Part shown: positions 1 to 9,010 of the stretch, piece by piece | How positions within the stretch are numbered: position 1 is the first letter of the stretch | Layout: every line of letters starts with the position of its first letter | Assembly (NCBI GenBank): GCA_045659225.1 | Contig: JAZOWM010000012.1 | Coordinates: forward strand, 1-61,593 | DNA length: 61,593 bases | Source of the DNA: Alistipes sp. | Lineage (GTDB): Bacteria; Bacteroidota; Bacteroidia; Bacteroidales; Rikenellaceae | Reading direction: 5' to 3' | Notes under the pieces: generated by a model | The model's database searches: none | The model's input: only the letters and a program-made list of their open reading frames with translations | Told to the model about the DNA's origin: nothing | Translations under genes and position numbers: made by a program

Positions 1-2
1 TT

Positions 3-830
3 ATTTTAGTCGAGAATTGCTCGACCGACAACTCCTTGGCTCTCTGTCACGAGATTGCCACAACAGACGACAGAATCAAGGTCTTAAGCATCGACAAAGC
101 CGACCTCTCGACTGCCCGCAACGAGGGTGTGAAGATTGCCACAGGCGAATATATCGCATTTGTGGATAGTGACGATACGGTTTTACCAAATATGTGCGAG
201 GATATCTACAACATTGCCGTAGAGCACAACTTGGGATTGGTATGTTTTGCCCTGCATAAGGTCTTCGACAATCGCCCCGATAAATATATCTACCCCGAAG
301 ATGGCGAGGTACGTATACTCTCGGCAAAGGAGATGACCATTCTCAACCTTACCGACAAGAGCCCTGCCTACGTCTGCACACACCTCTTCAAGCGCGAGTT
401 GTTCGACGCCCTCTCCTTCCCCGAAAATATCTACTACGAGGATAGAGCCTCAACCTTCCGCTTTACGGCTGCTTGTGGCAAAGGAGCAATTATCAATAGA
501 TCCTACTACCGCTACTACTGTCGTCAAGGCAGCATCAGCCGTTCGTTTGGCTGGAGGACCTATCGCGACTTTGCATACGCCAACCTCTGCCGATTGGAGT
601 TTATCAACCACTCGGGACTCTTTAGTGCGGAGGAGATGTCCACGGTAGCTTCGGCTTCGGCAGACTCATTCCTACGTAAATTGCGCCATATCCTAAGCAA
701 GGCTCAAACCCCTGAACAGCGTTCGGAGGCCTTGGCGTGGTGCCACAAACTGGATCTTATACCACAAAAAACGCGCCTTCCATTGAAAGCGCGCGTGATA
801 AGGTGGTATATTCGCAACTTTATCCTGTAG
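3..830 (+). CDS. Glycosyltransferase family 2 (5'-truncated by window edge)
   Basis: Frame is open from position 3 (ILVENCSTDNSLALCHE...). Carries the GT-A motifs ARNEG..ATGEYIAFVDSDD and YYED. Confidence 0.85.
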   Translation: MLVENCSTDNSLALCHEIATTDDRIKVLSIDKADLSTARNEGVKIATGEYIAFVDSDDTVLPNMCEDIYNIAVEHNLGLVCFALHKVFDNRPDKYIYPEDGEVRILSAKEMTILNLTDKSPAYVCTHLFKRELFDALSFPENIYYEDRASTFRFTAACGKGAIINRSYYRYYCRQGSISRSFGWRTYRDFAYANLCRLEFINHSGLFSAEEMSTVASASADSFLRKLRHILSKAQTPEQRSEALAWCHKLDLIPQKTRLPLKARVIRWYIRNFIL

Positions 831-834
831 GATA

Positions 835-1779
835 CTATCTCTTGCGGCGGAAGAGATTGTAAATCTTCACAAATATCTGGAACAGAAGAGGCGTGCGATA
901 GTGCAGGCTCAACTTGGCATTGCTCACAGCCTCCGACAACCACGGAAACTCCGCAAAGAGGTCACTGTCGTAAATCATAGAGTGCCAACCAGCACGCAGA
1001 ACTACGCCATCGATTACCCCCTCGACAGGGCTACCTTTCATCCTATCCTTATAATCAATATACAAGCCTAAGAGGTTGCGCGAGGATGTCAAATGGCGCC
1101 AACTCCTCTTCTGCGAGCACATCGAAGCTGGATTGGTCTTACGGTAGTGGTATAGAACTTCGGGCAGATGCGAGATAGATTGAGCATAGAAGATTATCTG
1201 TGCCATCAAATATATATCCTCGTGCATACCGAGCTTGGGGAACGAAATGAAGTTGTCGGTGTACAATCTGCGGCGGAAACACTTTGTAACAGTATAACCA
1301 TACGAATTGTAGTTCAACAGGTTACGTACCCACAATCGTCTATTCTTTGCAGTATATGTCTTCTCGTATTTTACGCTCTGCCTATTCTCATACTCCTTCA
1401 CAAGGTGGAAATATACCAAATCGGCATCGGTACGCTCGGCCTCTGCCACAACCCTCTCCACGGCATTAAGTTCGAGCCAATCGTCCGAATCTACAAAGAG
1501 AATATATTCGCCCGTAGCGGCATCTAAACCGCTTTTACGAGCCGAAGGAAGTCCGCCATTCTCCTTGTTTATTATCACTATGCGAGGGCGCAAGTGTGCA
1601 AATTTCTCCTCGATAAGGCTCTCCAATACCCCCATTGAGTTATCCTTTGTACCATCGTTCACAAAGATAAACACAATATCCTGATAGCTCTGTGCCAATA
1701 CGCTCTCGGCGCATTGACGGATATATTGCTCCACTCCGTAGATGGGAACAATTAGCGATATTTTGTGGCTATTATTCAT
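835..1779 (-). CDS. Glycosyltransferase family 2
   Basis: ISLIVPIYGVEQY, FVNDGTKD, ENGGLPSARKSG, GEYILFVDSDD and HED motifs. Confidence 0.9.
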   Translation of the reverse strand: MNNSHKISLIVPIYGVEQYIRQCAESVLAQSYQDIVFIFVNDGTKDNSMGVLESLIEEKFAHLRPRIVIINKENGGLPSARKSGLDAATGEYILFVDSDDWLELNAVERVVAEAERTDADLVYFHLVKEYENRQSVKYEKTYTAKNRRLWVRNLLNYNSYGYTVTKCFRRRLYTDNFISFPKLGMHEDIYLMAQIIFYAQSISHLPEVLYHYRKTNPASMCSQKRSWRHLTSSRNLLGLYIDYKDRMKGSPVEGVIDGVVLRAGWHSMIYDSDLFAEFPWLSEAVSNAKLSLHYRTPLLFQIFVKIYNLFRRKR

Positions 1780-2654
1780 CTCTCGTACTTCGATTTTTGA
1801 GGGAAACGCTCCTCGAATGCCCCAAGTAGAGCCTTACGAAGCTCCAAATAGCGCTCCTCTGGCAACTTCACATCGTTGATGCAGGCGAGTTGGCGAGTTG
1901 GATTTTTGATAAACTCGGTAAGGCTACTAACCGAACTGACACCCACCGAGAAGTGCTTCTTGGAGAGTCGCTCGTTTATCAATCTACCTTTTAGGTAGGT
2001 ATAGTTTAGGAAGATGTACTGCGCAACATTATTCTTAGTGCGAGTACGAGTCATTCGCGAAAGAATCTCCTCCTTCATCTTCTCGTAAAGCTCCTCACAA
2101 TCGCTCTTGAACATAGGTGTACAGATATGTTGAGGGCGCAAGAAGAGACAAGCGGGTTTAAGCCCTAAGGCTCGGCGCGCAAGATGGTCGGAGTTGCGAC
2201 AAATATGCTTAAACATATCGCAAGCCAGGAGATGGCGAGACATACCAAGTACACTCTTTCCGTTGCGGAAGAAGTTGGTAGGCTCACACTTCATCATAGG
2301 GAACACATCGTCATTGAAGTAGAGGTACTCCTCGTCCAAATCCTCGATGCGATGAAGGTGCATCTCTATGGGGTTGCTATTGAAAACGGGCAGATACTCG
2401 GCAGGGATAATATCCTTGTGGAGAACAACGTCCACCTCGTCACGATTTACCCACTCGGGTACTTGACTCTCGTGCGAAACCACAAGGTGCACCTTGCGGA
2501 TAAAAGGCATATTCTCGGCTATACCACGGAAGAGATAGCGAAGTGTACCCCAATCGCGAAAACGCTTCTCCAGCACGGGTTGATTGGTGTACTTCTCGTA
2601 GTCGCGTTGCCAAATTGGGTCTAAACCATTTACGAATGTTATAACTATATCCAC
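1776..2654 (-). CDS. Stealth family protein (capsular polysaccharide hexose-1-phosphate transferase)
   Basis: CR1 DIVITFVNG; CR2 LRYLFRGIAENMPFIRKVHLV..HKDIIP..FNSNPIE..YLYFNDD; CR4 ACIND. GTG start; 4-bp overlap with the downstream GT2. Confidence 0.85.
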   Translation of the reverse strand: MDIVITFVNGLDPIWQRDYEKYTNQPVLEKRFRDWGTLRYLFRGIAENMPFIRKVHLVVSHESQVPEWVNRDEVDVVLHKDIIPAEYLPVFNSNPIEMHLHRIEDLDEEYLYFNDDVFPMMKCEPTNFFRNGKSVLGMSRHLLACDMFKHICRNSDHLARRALGLKPACLFLRPQHICTPMFKSDCEELYEKMKEEILSRMTRTRTKNNVAQYIFLNYTYLKGRLINERLSKKHFSVGVSSVSSLTEFIKNPTRQLACINDVKLPEERYLELRKALLGAFEERFPQKSKYER

Positions 2655-2782
2655 TACTATTTTCTCCTTTTTTGGTACTCAAAGTCACTTTTTCATCACT
2701 ACAAATATAGAAATTTATTTTCAAAGGAGCAAAAAACATTACAATTGCGTCAAAATTATTTAGCAGTCTGCACTATAATTTG

Positions 2783-2790
2783 TACCTTTG
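2783..2790 (+). promoter_or_regulatory. Bacteroidetes sigma-A -7 box (TACCTTTG)
   Basis: Matches TAnnTTTG, 25 bp upstream of the ATG at 2816. Confidence 0.65.
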
Positions 2791-2815
2791 CGTATTGAAC
2801 AAAGAGTTGAACGAT

Positions 2816-4021
2816 ATGTCAAACACACAAATTCTTCGCCGTCAGTTTCTCGCCAATGTAGCACAAACTTCGCCTTCACCTATGTTGGTGGGTGTGGAGC
2901 GTGCCGAGGGAGTATTCTTCTACACCCCCGAGGGTAAACGCTACTTCGACCTTGTGTCGGGAGTGTCGGTGAGCAATGTCGGTCACGCCAATCCTGCCGT
3001 AGTCGAGGCTGTGAAACGCCAGGCGGAGCGATATATGCACATTATGGTCTATGGCGAGATGGTCGAGCGACCTCAGGTAGAGTATGCCGTAGAGATTGCC
3101 GAGGCGCCACCCGAACCATTGGAGAGTGTCTACTTCCTAAACTCGGGCGCCGAGGCTGTGGAGGGGGCTTTGAAGTTGGCAAAACGCTACACCCATCGTA
3201 CCGAGATGATATCGATGCGCCGCGCTTATCACGGCTCTACTCACGGAGCAATGAGTATGATGGGCGAGCCCGAGGGTGAGGAGTGGAAAAATGCATTCCG
3301 ACCTCTTTTACCCGACTGCAAAGCGTTAGATTTTAACTCGTTTGACGACCTACAGCAAATCACCGAAAAGACCGCCTGCGTATTGTGCGAACCGGTGCAA
3401 GGTGAAGCAGGTGTACGCCTTCCACAAGAGGGGTACTTACAGGCTCTACGCAAGCGTTGTGACGAGGTGGGAGCATTGCTTATCTTCGATGAAATTCAGA
3501 CTGGTATGGGACGTACGGGCGATATGTTCGCCTGCGTGAAGTATGGGGTAACACCCGATATTATAACCCTCGCCAAAGCCTTTGGCGGAGGTATGCCACT
3601 CGGAGCATTTGTGGCATCAAAGAAGATTATGGATTCGTTGCAGGAGAACCCTGTTCTTGGTCATATCACCACCTTTGGTGGTCACCCCGTATGCTGTGCA
3701 GCGGGTTTGGCGGCTTTCCACTACCTCAAGGAGCACAATGTCGTAGCCGATGTTGAGCGTAAGGGAGCTCTCTACGAGGAGCTTCTCCGCGACCACCCCG
3801 CAGTAATCGAGATTCGCCGTAGTGGACTACTCTTGGCTGTGGAACTTGGCACCGAGGAGCGCCTGTTCAAGGTGATGGAGATGTTCAAGGAGGAGGGTAT
3901 TATGAGCGATTGGTTCCTCTATTGCGCTACCGCATTCCGTATCTCACCTCCGCTTGTGATTACGGACGAGGAGATTCGCGAGAGTGTGGAGATTATTCGC
4001 CGAGTACTCGATAGATTGTAA
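2816..4021 (+). CDS. Class III PLP aminotransferase (acetylornithine aminotransferase-like)
   Basis: NSGAEAVEGALK, YHGST, EPVQGEAG, LIFDEIQTGMGRTG, AKAFGGGMP and TTFGG. Start moved to the ATG at 2816, downstream of the promoter box. Confidence 0.9.
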   Translation: MSNTQILRRQFLANVAQTSPSPMLVGVERAEGVFFYTPEGKRYFDLVSGVSVSNVGHANPAVVEAVKRQAERYMHIMVYGEMVERPQVEYAVEIAEAPPEPLESVYFLNSGAEAVEGALKLAKRYTHRTEMISMRRAYHGSTHGAMSMMGEPEGEEWKNAFRPLLPDCKALDFNSFDDLQQITEKTACVLCEPVQGEAGVRLPQEGYLQALRKRCDEVGALLIFDEIQTGMGRTGDMFACVKYGVTPDIITLAKAFGGGMPLGAFVASKKIMDSLQENPVLGHITTFGGHPVCCAAGLAAFHYLKEHNVVADVERKGALYEELLRDHPAVIEIRRSGLLLAVELGTEERLFKVMEMFKEEGIMSDWFLYCATAFRISPPLVITDEEIRESVEIIRRVLDRL

Positions 4022-4035
4022 AACATACTATCCAA

Positions 4036-5475
4036 ATGAACGCCCTACTACCCCTAACTGTTGTTATTGCCTATATTATACTGCTCTTTGTGGTATCGCA
4101 CCTTTCGGGCAGTAACCGCGAGGCATTGACCGCCAAGAAACATCCACGGTGGTTGGTGACACTTGCGATGGTGGGTGCCGCAGTTACGGGTATTACGTTT
4201 ATCTCACTGCCAGGTTCGGTTGAGCAAGATGCCTTCTCCTATCTGCAGATGAACTTGGGTTTTATTGTGGCATATGTCGCAATAGCCTATTGGTTAATAC
4301 CCCTTTACTATCGCCACAACGTAACCTCGCTCTACGAGTATCTCGATAGCCGCTTTGGCGTGGTTACACATACCACAGGTGCTTGGATTTTTCTTGTGGC
4401 GAAAATTTTGGGTGCGGCATTGAGAGTGTTTGTGGTGTGTCTTGTACTACAACGTCTAATGAGCGACCCTCTTGGCATACCATTTTGGGTTACCATAACG
4501 GCATTTATGGCGTTAGCGTGGCTCTACACTCATCGAGGAGGCATCTCCTCGGTGATTTGGGCGGACCTGATAAAGACCCTCTGTATGGTTGCTTGCGTGG
4601 CGTTTTCGATGGTTTTTGTGCTTCAAAAACTCGATCTTTCTTTTGTTGAGGCCTGTCGCCAAAGCTCCGAGCAAGGGCTGACTCAGATATTTTTCTTTGA
4701 TGACATCAATAATAGTCGCCACTTCCTTAAACTCTTCTTTTCGGGACTCTTTATTGTCATTGCTTCGACCGGACTCGACCAAGACCTTATGCAACGAATT
4801 TTGAGTAGCGACTCAGGGCGCTCGGCACAACGCAATATGGTGCTTTCATCTCTGATTCAGATGGGCTTCCTTGCGATGTTGCTTATCTTGGGTGCATTCT
4901 TCTTCCTCTATATGGGTAAGAATGGTTATTCGGGGGTTGCGGCAGATGAGATCTGGGCATTCGTCTCCTCGCGCAAGGAGATGCCAATGATTATGACCAT
5001 ACTCCTTGTCTTAGGTGTTGTGGCTTCGACATTCTCCTCGATAGGAGGTACTCTCACAGCTCTCACCACATCGTTTATGGTGGATGTTTTACACGGTCGC
5101 AAACGATTCTCGGAGGAGCGATACTCAAAGGTGCACCACGCCGTACATTTTGTTATGGCGGCACTGATGGTGTTGGTAATCTTTGCATTCAAGATTTGGG
5201 GCGATGGATGTTCGATAAACCTCTACTTCAAGATGTCGAGTTATACCTTCGGACCGCTGCTCGGACTGTTTGCTTTCGGAATGTTTTTTAAGTGGGAGGT
5301 GCGCGACAGATGGGTACCTATTGTCCTCATACTCTCGCCATTGATGTGTGGCATATTAGACCTCTTCTCGGAGCAACTTCTATGCGGCTATGAGTTTGGT
5401 TTCGAGATTCTCCTCGTAAATACCGCCTTCACAATATTAGGCTTGCTAATGCTCTCCCGACCATCTAATAAATAG
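4036..5475 (+). CDS. Sodium:solute symporter (SSS) family transporter
   Basis: Multi-TM protein with TFISLPG, SLYEYL..RFG, GG..SVIWAD and GLDQDLMQR. Confidence 0.85.
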   Translation: MNALLPLTVVIAYIILLFVVSHLSGSNREALTAKKHPRWLVTLAMVGAAVTGITFISLPGSVEQDAFSYLQMNLGFIVAYVAIAYWLIPLYYRHNVTSLYEYLDSRFGVVTHTTGAWIFLVAKILGAALRVFVVCLVLQRLMSDPLGIPFWVTITAFMALAWLYTHRGGISSVIWADLIKTLCMVACVAFSMVFVLQKLDLSFVEACRQSSEQGLTQIFFFDDINNSRHFLKLFFSGLFIVIASTGLDQDLMQRILSSDSGRSAQRNMVLSSLIQMGFLAMLLILGAFFFLYMGKNGYSGVAADEIWAFVSSRKEMPMIMTILLVLGVVASTFSSIGGTLTALTTSFMVDVLHGRKRFSEERYSKVHHAVHFVMAALMVLVIFAFKIWGDGCSINLYFKMSSYTFGPLLGLFAFGMFFKWEVRDRWVPIVLILSPLMCGILDLFSEQLLCGYEFGFEILLVNTAFTILGLLMLSRPSNK

Positions 5476-5510
5476 AAAATGACCAAATCGAATTGGTCAT
5501 TTTCTATTTA
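5469..5510. terminator. Bidirectional intrinsic terminator
   Basis: 18-bp inverted repeat TAAATAGAAAATGACCAA/TTGGTCATTTTCTATTTA between convergent genes. Confidence 0.8.
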
Positions 5511-6317
5511 TTTACCGAGGTTTAACCACTGATAATCGTTGCAGGTACCACCCTTGACGCCCCACGAACGTAGCTTATCAACATACGCAGCATCTCGCAA
5601 AGGAAGACCGTAGCACTCGACTATATAACCCTGCGAGTGACAATAATCCACAAGCTCCTTTGTGGTACGGCGGGCCATAGGTCGAATAACGCAATTCTTC
5701 ACCCCCTTGAGTTTGTCCACAACCTCTGGGGTATACCTCTTGTGCATAAACTCGAGCGGAGCGTTTGAATACTTGGCAGCCTCCTTAAGATATCTCCAGC
5801 GGAACGAGGTGAGTACATACTTACCCTCAAGACCCATATCGTGCAACATCTCTACGGTCTTGCGAATACCCTCAGGGGTGAGAAACTTCAACTCAACATA
5901 AGGCACAAGGTTTGCCTTCTTGCACACCTTGAGATACTCCTTGAAAGTTGGTACGCGAAGCTTGTTAGCATACTTCTCGTTCCAACCATCTCCACCATCA
6001 ATACGAAGCTTACGCAGCTCCTTCCAAGTGTAATCACTAACCTTACCTGTACCATTTGTGGTGCGGTCGATAGTCTTGTCGTGCATACATACAAGGACTC
6101 CATCCTTTGTCATCTGCACATCGGTCTCCATACCATAGAAATATGGAACCTTAGCCGCCTCACGGAATGCAACAACTGTATTCTCGGGATAGCGATGGGA
6201 GAGTCCGCGATGCGCCTGCAAGCCAAATTCTACGTTACGTCCCTTTGGCAGTGTCACCTGCGCATTGCTACCGATAGCAACAAGCAAAGCTACGAGGAGG
6301 AAGAAATTTTTTCTCAT
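5508..6317 (-). CDS. Glycerophosphodiester phosphodiesterase (GDPD), secreted
   Basis: Signal peptide, AHRG..PENT, ETDVQMTKDG..VCMHD..DRTTNG, VELK. Confidence 0.9.
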   Translation of the reverse strand: MRKNFFLLVALLVAIGSNAQVTLPKGRNVEFGLQAHRGLSHRYPENTVVAFREAAKVPYFYGMETDVQMTKDGVLVCMHDKTIDRTTNGTGKVSDYTWKELRKLRIDGGDGWNEKYANKLRVPTFKEYLKVCKKANLVPYVELKFLTPEGIRKTVEMLHDMGLEGKYVLTSFRWRYLKEAAKYSNAPLEFMHKRYTPEVVDKLKGVKNCVIRPMARRTTKELVDYCHSQGYIVECYGLPLRDAAYVDKLRSWGVKGGTCNDYQWLNLGK

Positions 6318-6349
6318 TTTATGGTTGGTTTTTTGCGGTTGTACTTACG

Positions 6350-6378
6350 AAAAACGGACTACCTTTCGGGCAGTCCGT
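6350..6378 (-). terminator. Intrinsic terminator after rpsT
   Basis: ACGGACT...AGTCCGT stem followed by a T-run on the minus strand. Confidence 0.7.
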
Positions 6379-6405
6379 ATTCTTCGGTTGAAAGTAAAGC
6401 TCCTA

Positions 6406-6657
6406 TTAGAGAGTGTTTACGTGCAACTGTGCTGCGCTCTTGAGGTTAGCAGCCTTGTTCTTGTGGATGATGTTAGTCTTAGCCAACTTGTCCAACATAG
6501 CTGTTACCTTTGGAAGCAATGCCTCAGCAGCGCTCTTCTCTGTTGTGTTGCGAAGAGCCTTGATAGCGTTACGAGTAGTCTTGTGATAAAGACGGTTGTG
6601 TGCACGCTTAGTTGCTGTCTGGCGGATTCTCTTCTCAGATGACTTGTGATTTGCCAT
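6406..6657 (-). CDS. rpsT: 30S ribosomal protein S20
   Basis: [13 protein letters not shown]...[19 protein letters not shown]. Confidence 0.97.
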   Translation of the reverse strand: MANHKSSEKRIRQTATKRAHNRLYHKTTRNAIKALRNTTEKSAAEALLPKVTAMLDKLAKTNIIHKNKAANLKSAAQLHVNTL

Positions 6658-6704
6658 AGTAGTTTTCTTTTTTTATTTGTTTATTTTTTAAATTCTAATT
6701 TTTT

Positions 6705-6865
6705 CACGCATTTAGGGTTGCGCTATCCCGAGCATTTATAGGGTTGCCCTCCCTTTCTACACGACCTTGGTCGGTTTCGGATAGACTAATGTCCTCTCCT
6801 AAATCATTGTGTTACCACTCCGTCTGTGTGTAGAGTAGAGCTTTGCCCCCCTTCTTCCACAGTCT
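6705..6865 (-). other. Candidate structured RNA between tRNA-Glu and rpsT (unassigned)
   Basis: Nested stems AUUUAGG/CCUAAAU and CUAUCCGA/UCGGGAUAG; hairpins CGAC-CAAG-GUCG, GUG-GUAA-CAC and GG-GCAA-CC. Confidence 0.4.
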
Positions 6866-6867
6866 TG

Positions 6868-6939
6868 TAGCCCGTACGAGAGTCGAACTCGTCTTTCAAG
6901 AATGAAAATCTTGCGTCCTAGCCGATAGACGAACGGGCC
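6868..6939 (-). tRNA. tRNA-Glu (TTC)
   Basis: GGCCCGTTCGTCTATCGGCTAGGACG-CAAGA-TTTTCAT-TCTTG-AAAG-ACGAG-TTCGACT-CTCGT-ACGGGCT-A forms a full cloverleaf. CCA is not encoded. Confidence 0.96.
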
Positions 6940-6974
6940 TTACCGCTATAACCCTACGTGGGTATTTAGCGGTG

Positions 6975-6982
6975 CAAAGGTA
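6975..6982 (-). promoter_or_regulatory. -7 box (TACCTTTG) for tRNA-Glu/rpsT
   Basis: TAnnTTTG on the minus strand, followed by a leader hairpin at 6942-6973. Confidence 0.7.
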
Positions 6983-6987
6983 CGAAT

Positions 6988-7022
6988 AAAATTCAAAATG
7001 CAAAATGCAAAATGCAAAATTG
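6988..7022. repeat. Heptamer tandem array (AAAATGC)x5, degenerate
   Basis: AAAATTC AAAATGC AAAATGC AAAATGC AAAATTG. Confidence 0.9.
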
Positions 7023-7034
7023 TGCGAAAAAATA

Positions 7035-7065
7035 AGAAAAAGCGGTGAATTTCACCGCTTTTTCT
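7035..7065 (-). terminator. Intrinsic terminator after GH2 gene
   Basis: AGAAAAAGCGGTGAA/TTCACCGCTTTTTCT inverted repeat. Confidence 0.8.
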
Positions 7066-7098
7066 CTAATTATCAGCCACTAAAAAGGTAATTGTCAA

Positions 7099-8988
7099 CT
7101 ACTTCTTAGGGGTTTTGCCGAAGATTGAACGGAGACGAGCTGAGTCGTACTTTGCCTTGCGGTCGTAGTAGAATATACCATTCTCCTCCTGCTCGACATC
7201 GGTGAGCTGGGTGTAGCAGTAGCCCCAAACCTTGTCGCAAATCCAGAGCAAAGCATCGACCTGATCCTCCAAACGCTTGTAGAAATCCTCGCGGGTAACT
7301 GCCGACTTACCATAGCCCCACGATGCTGTGCGTGGCTTGCCCTTCTGATCCAACTCTACGCCTGGAGTTGTCTCGAGGCACTTAATACCACCGAACTCAT
7401 CGATAAAGTATGGACGCTTACCATCGTAGGTAGCCTGGACAAACTCTGCCTTGTTCACCACATCGCCAGTAACTGGGCAACCGCTCGAAGTCTTGTACAA
7501 CACCTGTGTGCGCGAACGGTTGTGACGGAACGCACCAGTCTCTGGGTTGTAGGTCGACTTCGCCAACTTAGCACCATCCTGCTCGTAGTTGTGCATAGCG
7601 CAGATGTCATACTCGTTGGTGATGATACCGCCACTCGCGGTATTTACTGGGCGTGTAGGGTCGGTGATGTGTGTTACATCGTAGACATCCTTCACGAAGC
7701 GTGGGTACTGAACATTGTCAGGATACCAAGTCTCGTTCATTGGGGTCCAAGTGACGATTGCTGGGTGGTTGCGGTCACGAACCACGATATTCTGCCACTC
7801 CGAGATGAAGTTACGAGCAGTCTCAGGCAACGATACATCGCTACCCCAGCTTGCATACTCACCCCAAACGAGGTAGCCGAGCTTATCAGCCCAGTAGAGG
7901 AAACGCTCCTCAAACACCTTCTGGTGCAAACGTGCACCATTGAAACCTACCTCCATCGACAACTCGATATCGCGGCGGAGAGCCTCATCGCTTGGAGCAG
8001 TCCAGATACCATCAGGGTAGAATCCCTGATCGAGAACAAGGCGCTGGTAGTATGGTTGGTTGTTGAGATATACCTTATTGCCATCGGTGTGAACCTTACG
8101 CATACCGAGGTACGACGAGATCTTATCGAGTACCTTACCCTCCTTGTCACTGATGATATACTCCACATCGTAGAGTTTTGGATTCCCGGGCGACCAAGTC
8201 TGATACTTCTTGAAAGGCACGATGATAGGCATACCCTCCACCTGTGGCATAACCTTCTTTGCTACGATCTTGCCGTTGTCCTTAATGTTGATGGTCAAGG
8301 TATTCGATGCCATAGTGCGATAGTAGCGCGGAGTAAATACTACGTGGTGCTGATCGATATCGGTAATAACCTGGATATGGTCGAGCGAATAGTCGTTTGT
8401 AGCCTCCAACCATACGGTCTGCCAAATACCTGTTGTACGTGTGTAGACGCAACCGTACGAGTAGGAGCGCAAAGACTGCTTACCTGCACCCTGGGTTCTA
8501 CGGCGGAGGTCGCTATTGGCGCGAACAACGAGGTCGTGCTCCTTGCCATCAGCCAAATACTTGGTCACATCGAGTGCAAAAGGCGAAGATCCTCCGAAGT
8601 GGCGACCTACGAACTTACCATCCACATAGACCTCAGCCTCATAGTAGACTGCGCCGAAGTGGAGCATAATCTTCTTCTCACTCCAAGCCTTAGGAGCCTG
8701 GATGGTGCGGTGGTACCAGATACCAGTGATGATATCCTTGTGCTCAACACCCGAAAGCTTACTCTCAGGGCAGAATGGCACGATAATCTTATCGCCAAAT
8801 CCCTTGCTTTCGTAGATTCTACGCTCGAAACCTGTATTTGCAAGGTCGAGCTCATAGGTCCACTCACCGTTGAGATTCACCCATTCGCTACGCTCGAACT
8901 GAGGACGAGGATACTCTGCGCGGGGTTGCGCTGCAAAGACAGTTGCTACAGCAACCAACATCATTGCGAAAGTCAAAATTCTCTTCAT
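7099..8988 (-). CDS. Glycoside hydrolase family 2 (beta-galactosidase/glucuronidase-like), secreted
   Basis: YPRPQF, LNGEW, LHFGAV, TGIWQTVWLE, LDQGFYPDG, RNHPAI..W..MNE, DEFGG and YTQLTDVEQE. Confidence 0.92.
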   Translation of the reverse strand: MKRILTFAMMLVAVATVFAAQPRAEYPRPQFERSEWVNLNGEWTYELDLANTGFERRIYESKGFGDKIIVPFCPESKLSGVEHKDIITGIWYHRTIQAPKAWSEKKIMLHFGAVYYEAEVYVDGKFVGRHFGGSSPFALDVTKYLADGKEHDLVVRANSDLRRRTQGAGKQSLRSYSYGCVYTRTTGIWQTVWLEATNDYSLDHIQVITDIDQHHVVFTPRYYRTMASNTLTINIKDNGKIVAKKVMPQVEGMPIIVPFKKYQTWSPGNPKLYDVEYIISDKEGKVLDKISSYLGMRKVHTDGNKVYLNNQPYYQRLVLDQGFYPDGIWTAPSDEALRRDIELSMEVGFNGARLHQKVFEERFLYWADKLGYLVWGEYASWGSDVSLPETARNFISEWQNIVVRDRNHPAIVTWTPMNETWYPDNVQYPRFVKDVYDVTHITDPTRPVNTASGGIITNEYDICAMHNYEQDGAKLAKSTYNPETGAFRHNRSRTQVLYKTSSGCPVTGDVVNKAEFVQATYDGKRPYFIDEFGGIKCLETTPGVELDQKGKPRTASWGYGKSAVTREDFYKRLEDQVDALLWICDKVWGYCYTQLTDVEQEENGIFYYDRKAKYDSARLRSIFGKTPKK

Positions 8989-9010
8989 AATTGTTTTGGT
9001 TTTTATTGAT

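Noticed and set aside
6780-6867. Theta/HDV-like, hammerhead or group I ribozyme in the tRNA trailer
   Set aside because: GACUGUG/CACAGAC-GG resembles HDV P1/P1.1, but I could not place P3/L3 or the catalytic C. There is no CUGANGA for a hammerhead. An AGACUG/UAGUCU P7-like pairing has no room for P3-P6. Kept only as an unassigned structure.
7522-9009. Long antisense ORFs (also 28081..29451, 32241..33566, 38363..39697, 47313..48482, 55439..56563 and others)
   Set aside because: They lie antisense over well-supported genes, carry no recognisable motifs, and are explained by codon bias.
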